From Thermoanaerobaculia bacterium (GTDB taxonomy: Bacteria > Acidobacteriota > Thermoanaerobaculia > Multivoradales > Multivoraceae), in contig OY761158.1 in NCBI GenBank assembly GCA_963664405.1, positions 832,001 through 896,000 of the forward strand: 64,000 bases of DNA, given 5' to 3'. Below are positions 10,006 through 19,830 of the stretch, one piece after another (the stretch's first letter is position 1; each line of letters opens with the position of its first letter). The notes beneath the pieces are model-generated. The model did not search any database and had not been told where the DNA came from. It was given only the letters and a program-made list of their open reading frames with translations. Made by a program: the position numbers and the translations under genes.

Positions 10006-11043
10006 TCATACGATCGCAGGCTCCACGTGAGTGCCGGCTGGATTGGGCTGAGGGTGGATCCAAACGCTGCCCTCCTTCACCTTGACCCGAAAGGTCGGAA
10101 TCTTCTCAGTGAAGGGCGGCGGTGAGGCGCCTGTCTCGGGAATGTACTGGTAGCCGTGCCACGGACAGGTCACGCAACCGTCAACGATCTTGCCCTCGCC
10201 GAGGGGACCATTCTGATGCTGGCAGACATTGGAGATTGCAGACAGCTTGCCGTCATAGCGAAAGAGCGCCACTCTCTCTCCGGCCAGGCAAAAGATGCGG
10301 GCTCTATCTTCCGGGACTTCCAGCGGGGTGCAGACCGCTACATACCCCTCCTCGTCGGCGGATGAGATCCCGACCGCACGGTCGCGCCGTCGTTCGCCCA
10401 GAGCTGCCACGAGATGGAGACCGAACACCCAGACCACTCCCAAACCCAGCACCCCCGCCAACACCGGATCGACCTCCATCTGAAGGACGCCGAGGGCTAC
10501 ATGTACTACGAGCAAGCTGTATGCGACATAGACCCCCATATGCAGGGCCTTCCACATCGGCGCGGTCAGGTTGGCGAGCCAGAAGTCGTGACTGGTGGCG
10601 GCCATCAGGAAGAGAATCGTGAGAGCCGCAAGCCCGAGCACCTGAAACGGGAATTGGGCCAGCGAGCCCCAGTCGCCATTGCTGGTGAGAACGCTGAGAA
10701 GGGGGTTGATGTCGCCAACAGCGTGGAACTGGACCATCGAGAAGAGGCCGTGGGCCAAGCCGACGAGAAACATGGTGACGCCGAGATGTCGGCGGTTGTA
10801 GAGCAGCGGGAGAAAACGCGGATCGAGCCGGCTCAGTGGGCCAATCGACAAGATGATGTGGAGGAGCAGGAAGGAGCAGGTGCCCAGAGCGCGGATGAGG
10901 GTCGTCTCGAGCGTCCCGTTAGGTCGCAGCAGAATGCTGAAAACCACAAAGGCGACGAGGTACACAAGCACTCCCCCGAGCAGCACTTGGTCATAGCGCT
11001 TCTTCCATGGGGTCCAGCCAACGCCCCTGTAGCTGACGCTCAT
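10006..11043 (-). CDS. ferric-reductase-like (MsrQ-type) membrane domain + C-terminal Rieske domain
   Basis: NRRHLGV...AH, ATSHDF, WKALH...VVH; CQHQ...CPWHG; start MSVSYRG at 11043. Confidence 0.88.
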   Translation of the reverse strand: MSVSYRGVGWTPWKKRYDQVLLGGVLVYLVAFVVFSILLRPNGTLETTLIRALGTCSFLLLHIILSIGPLSRLDPRFLPLLYNRRHLGVTMFLVGLAHGLFSMVQFHAVGDINPLLSVLTSNGDWGSLAQFPFQVLGLAALTILFLMAATSHDFWLANLTAPMWKALHMGVYVAYSLLVVHVALGVLQMEVDPVLAGVLGLGVVWVFGLHLVAALGERRRDRAVGISSADEEGYVAVCTPLEVPEDRARIFCLAGERVALFRYDGKLSAISNVCQHQNGPLGEGKIVDGCVTCPWHGYQYIPETGASPPPFTEKIPTFRVKVKEGSVWIHPQPNPAGTHVEPAIV

Positions 11044-11501
11044 CCAGCGCCTCCGTCGTCGGACAGCAGCTGGGCACGCCCGAGAACGAGACCATGGCCA
11101 AGGCTGAAAAGAAGAAGCTCGTCTCCAGGAGCGCAACCTCCAGGGAGCGCGAATCGGCGGCGCTCCCCCGGCCGGATGGCGCCGAGGGCCCAGGCGCCAG
11201 TCGGCAAAGACTCTCCCGTCGACGAGCGAGCACAATAGAGAAGCATCTCCGGCGAAACCAGGTCAGGAGAGACTTCGACCGTGACCACAGCCGCCGGCGT
11301 CTCCTCCCACCAGCCCACAACTCCCGATATTGACCAAGCCAGAGGACGGGCGGAGACCTGAGCAGGTGGCGTGAGAAGGCCATCGAGGTCGGCCGCCGGT
11401 ATCGGTGTCCTGGCCCCCAGAGCGAACCCATAGAGAACGGCGACTCCGCAGCCAAGCGTGGCCACCAAGACGCCATGAAGTCTGCGCAGGGGCCGGATCA
11501 C
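11040..11501 (-). CDS. hypothetical protein
   Basis: GTG start overlapping upstream stop; N-terminal TM; overlaps the next gene by 4 bp. Confidence 0.6.
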   Translation of the reverse strand: MIRPLRRLHGVLVATLGCGVAVLYGFALGARTPIPAADLDGLLTPPAQVSARPLAWSISGVVGWWEETPAAVVTVEVSPDLVSPEMLLYCARSSTGESLPTGAWALGAIRPGERRRFALPGGCAPGDELLLFSLGHGLVLGRAQLLSDDGGAG

Positions 11502-11749
11502 CGCCGCACCCGGCCGCGATGGGGGGTCCACTCGGCAGGAGGCCCCTGTCGCCGAATCCAGCGAGCCAGCATCAAGGGCCACAAAGCCACGACTCCTGGC
11601 ACGATGAGGAGCCGAAAGCCCCAGGTGCCTTCGACTGCGCTGGGGTCGATGCGCTTCACCCCACGGGCCACGAAAGGCACAGCGAAGAGAAGGCCGAGCG
11701 CCGAATAAATGCCGACGACCAGCACCAACAGCTCGGGCAAGGTCTTCAC
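11498..11749 (-). CDS. small two-TM membrane protein
   Basis: GVKRIDP...GFRLLIVPG.VALWP; first gene of a coupled operon. Confidence 0.7.
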   Translation of the reverse strand: MKTLPELLVLVVGIYSALGLLFAVPFVARGVKRIDPSAVEGTWGFRLLIVPGVVALWPLMLARWIRRQGPPAEWTPHRGRVRR

Positions 11750-11889
11750 AGAGATCCCAAGCTAGCACAGGCTCGTTGCTCTAGCCGGGAGGCCGTGCTA
11801 GCTTTCGTGTCTGCACAACCGGGACAATCGAAACACAACCGCGCGCGAGAACGCCGTCGACTCCCGGGGCTGCTAAGGGGGTAGGAACA

Positions 11890-13503
11890 ATGCGGAAACA
11901 GAACGTAGCTGTCTGGAGTGAGCTCCCGGATCGCGAGCCGGCACACGCCCTGGTGGAGAACGTCGACCTCGTGGTGGTCCGTTTCGACGACCAGGTCTCG
12001 GTGCTCTATGGGCGTTGCCTGCATCGCGGCGCTCTTCTCGCCGACGGCAGCATCGTCGGAGACGACCTCGTCTGCGGCGTCCACGGTTGGGACTTTCGAT
12101 ACGACACCGGGGTGAGCGCCTACAACCACCGAGAGGTGCTGAACAAGTTCAATGCCTGGGTCGAAGATGGAGCGGTGTGGGTGGATGCGGACGAGATCGC
12201 GGACTGGCAGCGCGAGAACCCGCAGGCCTACGAGCGCGACAGCTACCAGGGTAACTACGCCGACCTCCATGGAACTCCGCAGGAGCCACACACCGGAGTG
12301 ATCCGCGATCTGGCCAACGATGGTCTCTCCAAGGTCGGTCACCATGGGCCGGTTGCCGCGATGGGAGTGCCGCGCCAGGAGCTACCGTCATGGGATCAGA
12401 TTCAATTCGTTACCGGTCAGCTCGCCACCCTGCCCCAGCTCGACGACACCGAAGTCGGATCCGAGCTCGTGATCGGACCCGACGCCAAGAAGCCGCTGCG
12501 TCTGGAGCTCCCTATCTTCGTCTCGGATATGAGTTTTGGCGCCCTTTCGTTCGAAGCCAAGGTGGCGCTCTCCAAGGGCTCAGAGCTGGCCGGCACCGGC
12601 ATCTGCTCGGGAGAAGGCGGCATGCTGCCGGAAGAGCAGGAGGCCTGTAGTCGATACTTCTACGAGCTCGCATCCGCGCGCTTCGGCTACTCCATGGAGA
12701 AAGTGAAACGGGTCCAAGCCTTCCACTTCAAGGGTGGTCAGGGAGCCAAGACCGGCACCGGGGGCCATCTCCCGGGCGCGAAGGTCATAGGCAGGATCGC
12801 CGAAGTCCGCGGGCTCGAAGAGGGGCAATCGGCGGTCTCTCCTCCGCGCTTCCCCGACTGGGACCACGAAGACGACTTCCGCGCCTTCGCCGAAGAGGTG
12901 CGAGAGGCGACCGGCGGCATCCCGATCGGATTCAAACTGTCGGCGCAGCACATCGAAGACGACATCGACGCAGCGCTCCGCATCGGCGTCGACTACATCA
13001 TTCTCGACGGTCGTGGAGGCGGCACTGGCGCTGCCCCACTGCTCTTTCGCGACAACATCTCGGTGCCCACGCTCGCCGCCCTCGCTCGCGCCCGCCGCCA
13101 CCTCGACTGCCTGGGGCGGCGCGAGATCACTCTTATCGTTACCGGCGGCCTGCGAACACCCGCAGACTTCGCCAAAGCCATGGCTCTCGGAGCCGATGGA
13201 GTTGCAGTCTCCAACGCGGCTCTCCAGGCCATCGGTTGCCTCGGTATGCGTGCTTGTCACACCAATAACTGCCCGGTAGGCATCGCTACCCAGCAACCCC
13301 ATTTGCGGGCCCGCCTGCCGGTCGACGAAGCGGCTGAGCGACTGGCGCGTTTCTTTGGAGCTACAGTGGATCTGATGAAGGTTCTGGCTCGCGCCTGCGG
13401 CCACACGCATCTCAACCAGCTGCGCAGCCACGACCTGGTGACCTGGGACCGTGACGTGGCCTATCTCACCGGGGTGACCTACGCGGGAGCAACGCCACTA
13501 TGA
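11890..13503 (+). CDS. Rieske domain + glutamate-synthase-like FMN-binding domain
   Basis: CLHRG...CGVHGW; MSFGALS, SGEGG, GQGAKTGTGGHLP, DGRGGGTGAAP, CLGMRACHTNNCPVG (3Fe-4S). Confidence 0.9.
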   Translation: MRKQNVAVWSELPDREPAHALVENVDLVVVRFDDQVSVLYGRCLHRGALLADGSIVGDDLVCGVHGWDFRYDTGVSAYNHREVLNKFNAWVEDGAVWVDADEIADWQRENPQAYERDSYQGNYADLHGTPQEPHTGVIRDLANDGLSKVGHHGPVAAMGVPRQELPSWDQIQFVTGQLATLPQLDDTEVGSELVIGPDAKKPLRLELPIFVSDMSFGALSFEAKVALSKGSELAGTGICSGEGGMLPEEQEACSRYFYELASARFGYSMEKVKRVQAFHFKGGQGAKTGTGGHLPGAKVIGRIAEVRGLEEGQSAVSPPRFPDWDHEDDFRAFAEEVREATGGIPIGFKLSAQHIEDDIDAALRIGVDYIILDGRGGGTGAAPLLFRDNISVPTLAALARARRHLDCLGRREITLIVTGGLRTPADFAKAMALGADGVAVSNAALQAIGCLGMRACHTNNCPVGIATQQPHLRARLPVDEAAERLARFFGATVDLMKVLARACGHTHLNQLRSHDLVTWDRDVAYLTGVTYAGATPL

Positions 13504-13519
13504 GCAGCGGAGCACGATC

Positions 13520-15469
13520 ATGAGCAACACGACCGACGTCGTATGGCACCGCGTTCTCGCTCCCGACGAGCTTCCGGAGGGGCGCGTTCGCGCCGTCGAC
13601 GCCGCCGGCACCAGTCTGGCGATCACTCACTACGAAGGTACCTACTCGGCCCTCGCCAATGCCTGCCCGCACCAGGGCGGGCCCCTCGGCGAAGGCACTA
13701 TCGAGAACGGCTGGCTGCGCTGCCCGTGGCACGGATGGGACTTTCATCCCTGCACCGGGAAGCCCCCGGGCGGCTACGACGACGGAGTCGCGACCTGTCC
13801 GGTCGAGGCTCGGGACGACGGAATCTATGTCGGCCTCGATCCACAAGCGGCCGCTCACCAGCCGACCGTTTCCGATGTCATGGTGGAGACCATGGTCAAC
13901 TGGGGAGTGACCCACGTCTTCGGAATGGTTGGCCACTCCAACCTCGGCCTCGCCGACGCGATCCGGCGCCAAGAGGAAGCAGGCAAGCTAAAGTTCATCG
14001 GCATTCGTCACGAGGGGGCGGCCTCCTTCGCCGCCTCGGCCTACGCCAAGCTGACGGGGCGCCCGGCCGCCTGCTTTTCGATCGCCGGCCCCGGCGCGAC
14101 CAATCTGCTCACCGGGCTGTGGGACGCCAAGGTGGATCGTGCTCCGATCCTCGCTCTCACCGGACAGGTCGACACTCAGGTGCTCGGGCCCGGCGCCTTC
14201 CAGGAAGTCGATCTCTCGGCCGCCTTCTCGAGCGTCGCCGCATGGAGTCAGACCGTGCTCTCTACCAGTAAGCACGCCGAGCTCATGACCCTGGCCTTGA
14301 AGCACGCCACATTGCGCCGCGACGTCTCCCATCTGATCTTTCCCGACGAGGTCCAAACGCTCCCGTTAGAGGGGGCGTCCGCCTCCGGTCCGACCGGGCG
14401 AGTACCCAACCTCGAAGTCGCCCCGCCCGAGGAGTCTCTCGGGCAGGCGGTCGAGCTCTTGGAGAAGGCGCAGCGACCGCTGATCATCGTCGGCCACGGT
14501 GCTCGCTTCGAAATGGACGGCATCCTCGCTCTCGCCGAGCGCCTCCAATGCCCCGTCGTCACCACCTTCAAGGGCAAGGGAATGGTCTCAGACCATCATC
14601 CTCTGGGCTGCGGCGTCCTCGGCCGCTCCGGCACGCCAATCGCGAGCTGGTTCATGAACGAAGCGGACCTTCTATTGGTGCTTGGCGCCTCGTTCTCGAA
14701 CCACACCGGCATCACCGACAAGAAACCGACCATCCAGGTGGACTATGACCCGTTGGCGCTGGGTAAGTTCCATGCCGTGGATGTCCCGGTGCTTGGCGAG
14801 ATAGGCGTCACCTGTCGCCAGCTCTCCGATCGTCTGCCGGAAGGCCTCGCCGCGCTCGATCTACGCGACGAGATCGCCGAGCGCTGGGCTTTGTGGCGTG
14901 CCGAGAAGACGAAGCGGGAGGGTGAAGATCGGGGGCTGGGAGTCTCGTCGGCGAGTCTCTTCGCGGCGCTCAATCGTCAGCTGCCCGAAGACGCGGTCAT
15001 CGCCGTCGATGTCGGCAACAACACCTACTCCTTCGGGCGTTACTTCGAGTGTGCTCGTCAATCGGTGTTGATGTCGGGCTATCTCGGCTCCATCGGCTTC
15101 GGATTCCCGGCCGCCATGGGCGCCTGGGCCGCAGCGCCCGATCGCCCGATCGTCAGCATCTCGGGTGACGGCGGCTTTGGCCAGTACATGGCCGAGCTCA
15201 ACACCGCGGTCAAATACGAGATGAATCTGACCCACATCCTCTTGAACAACTCCCAGTTGGGAAAAATCTCGAAAGAGCAGCGCTCAGGCGCGTTCGAAGT
15301 CTGGCAGACCTCCCTGAGCAACCCCGACTTCTCTCGCTACGCCGAGAACTGCGGCGCCCTCGGCATCCGAGTCACCGACAAGGCCGAGCTCGACAGCGCT
15401 CTCGAGCGGGCTCTGGCCCACGAAGGCCCCGCCCTGGTCGAGATCATCACCGACGCCGAGCTCGTCTAG
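13520..15469 (+). CDS. Rieske domain + TPP-dependent pyruvate-oxidase/ALS-family enzyme
   Basis: CPHQGG...CPWHGW; RHEGAASF, GPGATN, GDGG...NN TPP motif. Confidence 0.9.
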   Translation: MSNTTDVVWHRVLAPDELPEGRVRAVDAAGTSLAITHYEGTYSALANACPHQGGPLGEGTIENGWLRCPWHGWDFHPCTGKPPGGYDDGVATCPVEARDDGIYVGLDPQAAAHQPTVSDVMVETMVNWGVTHVFGMVGHSNLGLADAIRRQEEAGKLKFIGIRHEGAASFAASAYAKLTGRPAACFSIAGPGATNLLTGLWDAKVDRAPILALTGQVDTQVLGPGAFQEVDLSAAFSSVAAWSQTVLSTSKHAELMTLALKHATLRRDVSHLIFPDEVQTLPLEGASASGPTGRVPNLEVAPPEESLGQAVELLEKAQRPLIIVGHGARFEMDGILALAERLQCPVVTTFKGKGMVSDHHPLGCGVLGRSGTPIASWFMNEADLLLVLGASFSNHTGITDKKPTIQVDYDPLALGKFHAVDVPVLGEIGVTCRQLSDRLPEGLAALDLRDEIAERWALWRAEKTKREGEDRGLGVSSASLFAALNRQLPEDAVIAVDVGNNTYSFGRYFECARQSVLMSGYLGSIGFGFPAAMGAWAAAPDRPIVSISGDGGFGQYMAELNTAVKYEMNLTHILLNNSQLGKISKEQRSGAFEVWQTSLSNPDFSRYAENCGALGIRVTDKAELDSALERALAHEGPALVEIITDAELV

Positions 15470-15473
15470 GCTC

Positions 15474-15575
15474 CAGAAATGATGGCTATCATTTCCTCCG
15501 CCTAGTTGTCTTTTGGCGCCGAGGACGGCGCACTTGGGCGTTGCTTCCTATTCGCTCACGGAAACGGCTCAGGAC
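15474..15575 (+). repeat. single REP-like unit with extended tail
   Basis: GAAATGATGGCTATCATTTC + GGCGCCGAGGACGGCGC + TTGCTTCCTATTCGCTC tail shared with the 31022 copy. Confidence 0.8.
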
Positions 15576-15960
15576 GAATACTCGGACACGGCTCCTAGCC
15601 TGGATTACTCATGAAGCTCCTACTACGGTGCCGCAGCTCGGCGGATTCGGCCGCCGCTCAGAAGTGGAAGACGACAGCGGCCTCTGGGCCGCTGACGGCC
15701 ACGTCATAAACGAAACGATCGGGCCGGCGACGGTCCAGGCACCGCGAAGGGGGCTGTGACGCGTACCCCTACGACCGGATCGACCCATTCCTTCTCGTCT
15801 TCGAAGCCGGCGCCTGCCGGGCCCGTGGTGGTGACGCGGGCATCGATCGAAAGTAACGCGCGCCGAAGAGCACCTCGACGGCGTCCGACACCCGGATTGC
15901 TAGACTCCGCAAGATTCTCCGACCTCAGAACAGTCCGAGCGACGCAACTCTGGAGACCCG

Positions 15961-17391
15961 ATGAAAGATCTCATGGCCATGACCCTCACCGCCGTGGTGC
16001 TTCTCGCCTCGAGCGCACACGCGCAGGAGAAGCCAAACATCGTCCTCGTTTTCATGGACAACTTCGGTTGGGGGGAGCCCGGCTTCAACGGCGGCGGGAT
16101 CATTCGCGGCGCGGCGACGCCACGGCTCGACCAGCTGGCCAGCGAGGGCCTGCGCTTGACCAACTTCAACGTCGAAGCCCAATGTACGCCGTCTCGCTCG
16201 GCAATCTTGACCGGCCGTTACGCGATCCGCAGCGGTAATGGAACCGCCCCCCTTGGCGACGGTGTGTACGGTCTGGTGCAGTGGGAGGTCACGATGGCAG
16301 AGATGCTCTCGGACGCCGGCTACAACACCGCTATGTTCGGGAAGTGGCACCTGGGACGCACCGAGGGCAGGTTCCCGACCGACCAGGGTTTCGATGAATG
16401 GTACGGAATCCAGAACTCCACCGACGAGTCGGCCTACCCCGCGCTCGAGGGATTCTCGGACAGCGGAGTGGCAGAGACCTTCGTCCTGGAAGCACGGAGG
16501 GGTGAAACGCCGCGGAGGGTGCGCCCGTGGAACTTGGAGTATCGCCCGCTCATCGATGGCGACCTGACCGACAAGGCGATCGACTTCATGCAGCGTCAGT
16601 CGAAGAGCGAGAAGCCTTTCTTCCTCTACCTTCCCTACACTGCGACCCACTACCCGACGCGCCCGCACCCGGACTTCGTAGGCACCACAGGCAATGGGAC
16701 CTGGGCGGATCTCCTGCACCAGATCGACACCTACAATGGGAGGTTACTGGATGAGATCGAGGACCTGGGTATCCGCGACAACACCCTCTTTATCTTCACG
16801 GCCGACAACGGGCCGGAGGCGCCGCCACCCGGAACTAACACACTGACAGTCGATACTCCCACCCCGGGATCGGCCGGACCTTGGCGCGGCACCCTGTTCA
16901 CCGGTTTCGAAGCCAGCCTGAGGGTTCCCTTCGCCATCCGCTGGCCTGGAAAGATCCCGCCTGGAGCCAGCAATGAAATCGTTCACGAGATGGATCTCTT
17001 CCCCACACTCGCGCGAATTGTGGGTGGAAAGGTGCCGGAGGACCGCATCATCGACGGGGTAGACCAGACCGATTTCTTCCTCGGCAAACAGCAGAAGTCC
17101 AACCGTGAGGGCGTTATTGTCTACATGGGCGACGAGATTTTTGGGGTCAAGTGGCGCAACTGGAAAGTGAACTTCAAAGAGCTCGACACGGTCTTCGGTG
17201 AGACCAAGGAGTACGGAATGCCGCGGGTCTACAACCTTCTCTCCGACCCGCGCGAAAGCGTGAACGTTCTCTTTCCTAATACCTGGGTGCCCAAGGCGGC
17301 TCTGGGGCAACTGGGAGAGCATGTGGCCTCGTTGAAGGAGTACCCACCCATCCCCACCGGCGCGCCGGACCCCTACGAGCCACCCAAGTGA
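15961..17391 (+). CDS. arylsulfatase (Cys-type formylglycine sulfatase)
   Basis: Signal peptide, KPNIV, CTPSRSAILTG, GKWHLG, DNG. Confidence 0.93.
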   Translation: MKDLMAMTLTAVVLLASSAHAQEKPNIVLVFMDNFGWGEPGFNGGGIIRGAATPRLDQLASEGLRLTNFNVEAQCTPSRSAILTGRYAIRSGNGTAPLGDGVYGLVQWEVTMAEMLSDAGYNTAMFGKWHLGRTEGRFPTDQGFDEWYGIQNSTDESAYPALEGFSDSGVAETFVLEARRGETPRRVRPWNLEYRPLIDGDLTDKAIDFMQRQSKSEKPFFLYLPYTATHYPTRPHPDFVGTTGNGTWADLLHQIDTYNGRLLDEIEDLGIRDNTLFIFTADNGPEAPPPGTNTLTVDTPTPGSAGPWRGTLFTGFEASLRVPFAIRWPGKIPPGASNEIVHEMDLFPTLARIVGGKVPEDRIIDGVDQTDFFLGKQQKSNREGVIVYMGDEIFGVKWRNWKVNFKELDTVFGETKEYGMPRVYNLLSDPRESVNVLFPNTWVPKAALGQLGEHVASLKEYPPIPTGAPDPYEPPK

Positions 17392-17421
17392 TCACCCCAG
17401 GGGGTTTCGAAGTTCGAAGTG

Positions 17422-17696
17422 GTTCCGGATGCGCCGTCCTCGGCGCCATGTAATCAGAAGCGGAGGAAATGATAACCATCATTTCCGTAGATTCCGGATG
17501 CGCCATCCGCGGCGCCATGTAATCAGAACCGGAGGAAATGATAACCATCATTTCCGTAGGTTCCGGATGCGCCATCCGCGGCGCCATGTAATCAGAACCG
17601 GAGGAAATGATAACCATCATTTCCGTAGGTTCCGGATGCGCCGTCCTCGGCGCCATGTTATCTAGCCGCAGGAAATGATAGCGATCATTTCCGTAG
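17422..17696 (-). repeat. 4 x ~69-bp tandem REP-like units (reverse orientation)
   Basis: GCGCC(G/A)TCC(T/G)CGGCGCC and GGAAATGAT-AACC-ATCATTTCC repeated at 69-bp period between convergent genes. Confidence 0.9.
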
Positions 17697-19622
17697 GCTA
17701 GGGGTGTACCAGATGGGAGACGTGTAAGCGCGCTCCTGGTGGCTCATCGGCACCTCCTCCGGCATCTTGATACCGAAGAAGTTCGAGTCGTAGGCCTGCC
17801 AGGTGGGCGTCGGGATCTCCAGCACCCGAGCGTAGTAGACGGCGCGATGATCCGGATTGAAGTCCGGATCGGTCCAAGTCCCCCGCAGTTCGGCATCGCC
17901 GATATTGTTCAGGTAGCTGGCGTCGGCTTCGTCGACCGTGTTTCCGACCGGCTCCCGAGCGCGGCCGTCCGCGCCGATGGCGCGACCGTCGGCGACCGCG
18001 ACGTCGTAGACCCGCTCATGCCGCTCGCCGGAGCCGTCGACCCAGCCTTTGATGATCTGGACACGGTCAAGGTTGCCGGACCACGGGTCCTTGAGCGCCC
18101 CCACCATGAAGACAGGAGCCTTCTTGCCGGCAGGTGCTTCGCGCAGGTCGCCCCCCATGGGAACACCATCTCGGTAGCCGATCGCGACCGCATCGGGCCG
18201 GAACACGTCATCTTCGTCGTAGTCCCAACCGCCGAAGAAACGCACCGTGATGCGGGTACCGGTGGTCGCGTAGGTTTCCTTCTTCTGCATCGCTTCGAAG
18301 AGCGCCTCGCGGGTGTTCTCGCGAGCCCAGACCGCAGCGAGGCCGGAGGCGAGGGTCTCGTACGAATAGGTCGTCAACGCCTCGTCGCCAGCAAGAGACG
18401 CGATCACCACGTGCTCCCAGCGATCGGCAGACGGTTCCATCGTCGGCGTCTTGCTCCAGCTGTTCTCATCCCGGGTGGTGGCCAGCGAGGTGTGCGCGTC
18501 GGTCGACCCGACCATGCCGAACTTGTAAGGGTTGACGCCAAGCTTCTCCTCCTGTTGGAGACCAATCTGCAGCGCGGTGCGCGCGTATTCATACTGAAGC
18601 ATCCAGTCCTCTTTGGGCTTGGCGCCCGCAATGTCGCCCTTGTCCCAGGTGCCGTAATCGGCGAACTCGTCGTTAGGTGACAGGAAGGGATGCGCCTCGC
18701 CGTCGCCCTTCATCTGGGTGACCTCGTATAGCGGCTCCCAACGCATTCGCGTCTCGGCGTACGCCAGGTCGATGGGTTGCCCGTCCAGCCCTTCGAGCGG
18801 AAACATCTGACCATTGGAGACGTTGCCGTTGTGGGCGATGGCGAGAACGCTGCCGCCGGTCTTCTCCTCGTAGGCCGCAAGGTATTCCCACAGATCCTCC
18901 GGATCCGCCGAGTCAGCAGCGCTGAAGGGTAGGACCTGGCCCACCTTGTCGCCGCCGTCCTTGAAGATGACGACCCGATGCAGATTGCCCGGCTTTTCCG
19001 GTTTCGCGATCGATGTCCACTCGAATCCGATCAAGGCGGTGAATCGTCCGGGCTCGTTGTACTGCTCGGCGAAGGCGATCTCCCGATCCCAAACCGTGCG
19101 TGTCACCCTCGGATTGTTGATCGGGTCTACCCCCTTGAAAACGGCATCTGCGATCCACTTCTGGAATGCGCCGCGGCCGTCGCCGGCCTTCACCATGTCG
19201 TGGACCATGCGGCCCCAATCGTTCTTGAGAAGCTCGGAGTTCGACTCTGCGATCATCGGAGCGAGTCCGAGGTTCTCCGCGTGGTCTGCCACCACGAGAA
19301 AGTCCAGGGGGCGGATCAGACGGGCTCGCATTCCGGCGGCAGATAGGACTTCCTCGCCCCTGGCAAAGCGAAATGCCTCTTCAGGCCCCAGCGTGTTTCC
19401 CATCATGCCGGCATCGGTGGAATAGGACGTGTGAAGGTGGGTGTCGCCCCAGTAGACGCCCTCGGCCAAGTTGGCATCGCTGGCCGTCCTTTCGACATAG
19501 GGCGAATAAATCTTCGGTCGCTCGAGTATCTCGTCAGGATTGACGTCCTGCGCAAGCGCGTAGACCGTGGTGCCGAGGACTGCAACCCCGAAGATGGCTA
19601 AGACGCGTGTAATTCTTCTCAT
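17685..19622 (-). CDS. DUF3604 domain protein
   Basis: YWGDTHLHT, LDFLVVADH, NLHRVVIF, EVTQMKGDGEAHP, QERAYTSPIWY; start taken at ATG 19622. Confidence 0.88.
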   Translation of the reverse strand: MRRITRVLAIFGVAVLGTTVYALAQDVNPDEILERPKIYSPYVERTASDANLAEGVYWGDTHLHTSYSTDAGMMGNTLGPEEAFRFARGEEVLSAAGMRARLIRPLDFLVVADHAENLGLAPMIAESNSELLKNDWGRMVHDMVKAGDGRGAFQKWIADAVFKGVDPINNPRVTRTVWDREIAFAEQYNEPGRFTALIGFEWTSIAKPEKPGNLHRVVIFKDGGDKVGQVLPFSAADSADPEDLWEYLAAYEEKTGGSVLAIAHNGNVSNGQMFPLEGLDGQPIDLAYAETRMRWEPLYEVTQMKGDGEAHPFLSPNDEFADYGTWDKGDIAGAKPKEDWMLQYEYARTALQIGLQQEEKLGVNPYKFGMVGSTDAHTSLATTRDENSWSKTPTMEPSADRWEHVVIASLAGDEALTTYSYETLASGLAAVWARENTREALFEAMQKKETYATTGTRITVRFFGGWDYDEDDVFRPDAVAIGYRDGVPMGGDLREAPAGKKAPVFMVGALKDPWSGNLDRVQIIKGWVDGSGERHERVYDVAVADGRAIGADGRAREPVGNTVDEADASYLNNIGDAELRGTWTDPDFNPDHRAVYYARVLEIPTPTWQAYDSNFFGIKMPEEVPMSHQERAYTSPIWYTPSLRK

Positions 19623-19830
19623 CGCTATTCCTTGACCCCCTGATTGATCCGGCCCGGTGAAACCGCCTTCGTAGAGCCTGGCGAGACTAGCATTACGAGA
19701 GGGTACACAGAAGGCAGACCTCTTATCCATCATCGCTATAAGATGTACGCGAACGGCTGCCTCGAAGTACAAATCGGGACTGTTCTCGCTTGATCAAGCG
19801 AGCGCAGCTCTTAAGAAAAAGGAGGGCAAC

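Noticed and set aside
11890-13503. Calling this gltB (glutamate synthase large subunit)
   Set aside because: Only the FMN/3Fe-4S domain is present; there is no amidotransferase domain and no gltD nearby
17465-17486. Fur boxes (AATGATAACCATCATT resembles the Fur consensus)
   Set aside because: The motif lies at gene 3' ends as part of a repeat unit, and variants such as GGAAGTGAT keep the pairing but lose the Fur consensus
17276-17665. Repeat-peptide ORFs (MAPRTAHP..., MRRPRRH...), here and at 1209-1805 and 36645-36912
   Set aside because: They are translations of the non-coding palindromic repeat; open frames arise on both strands
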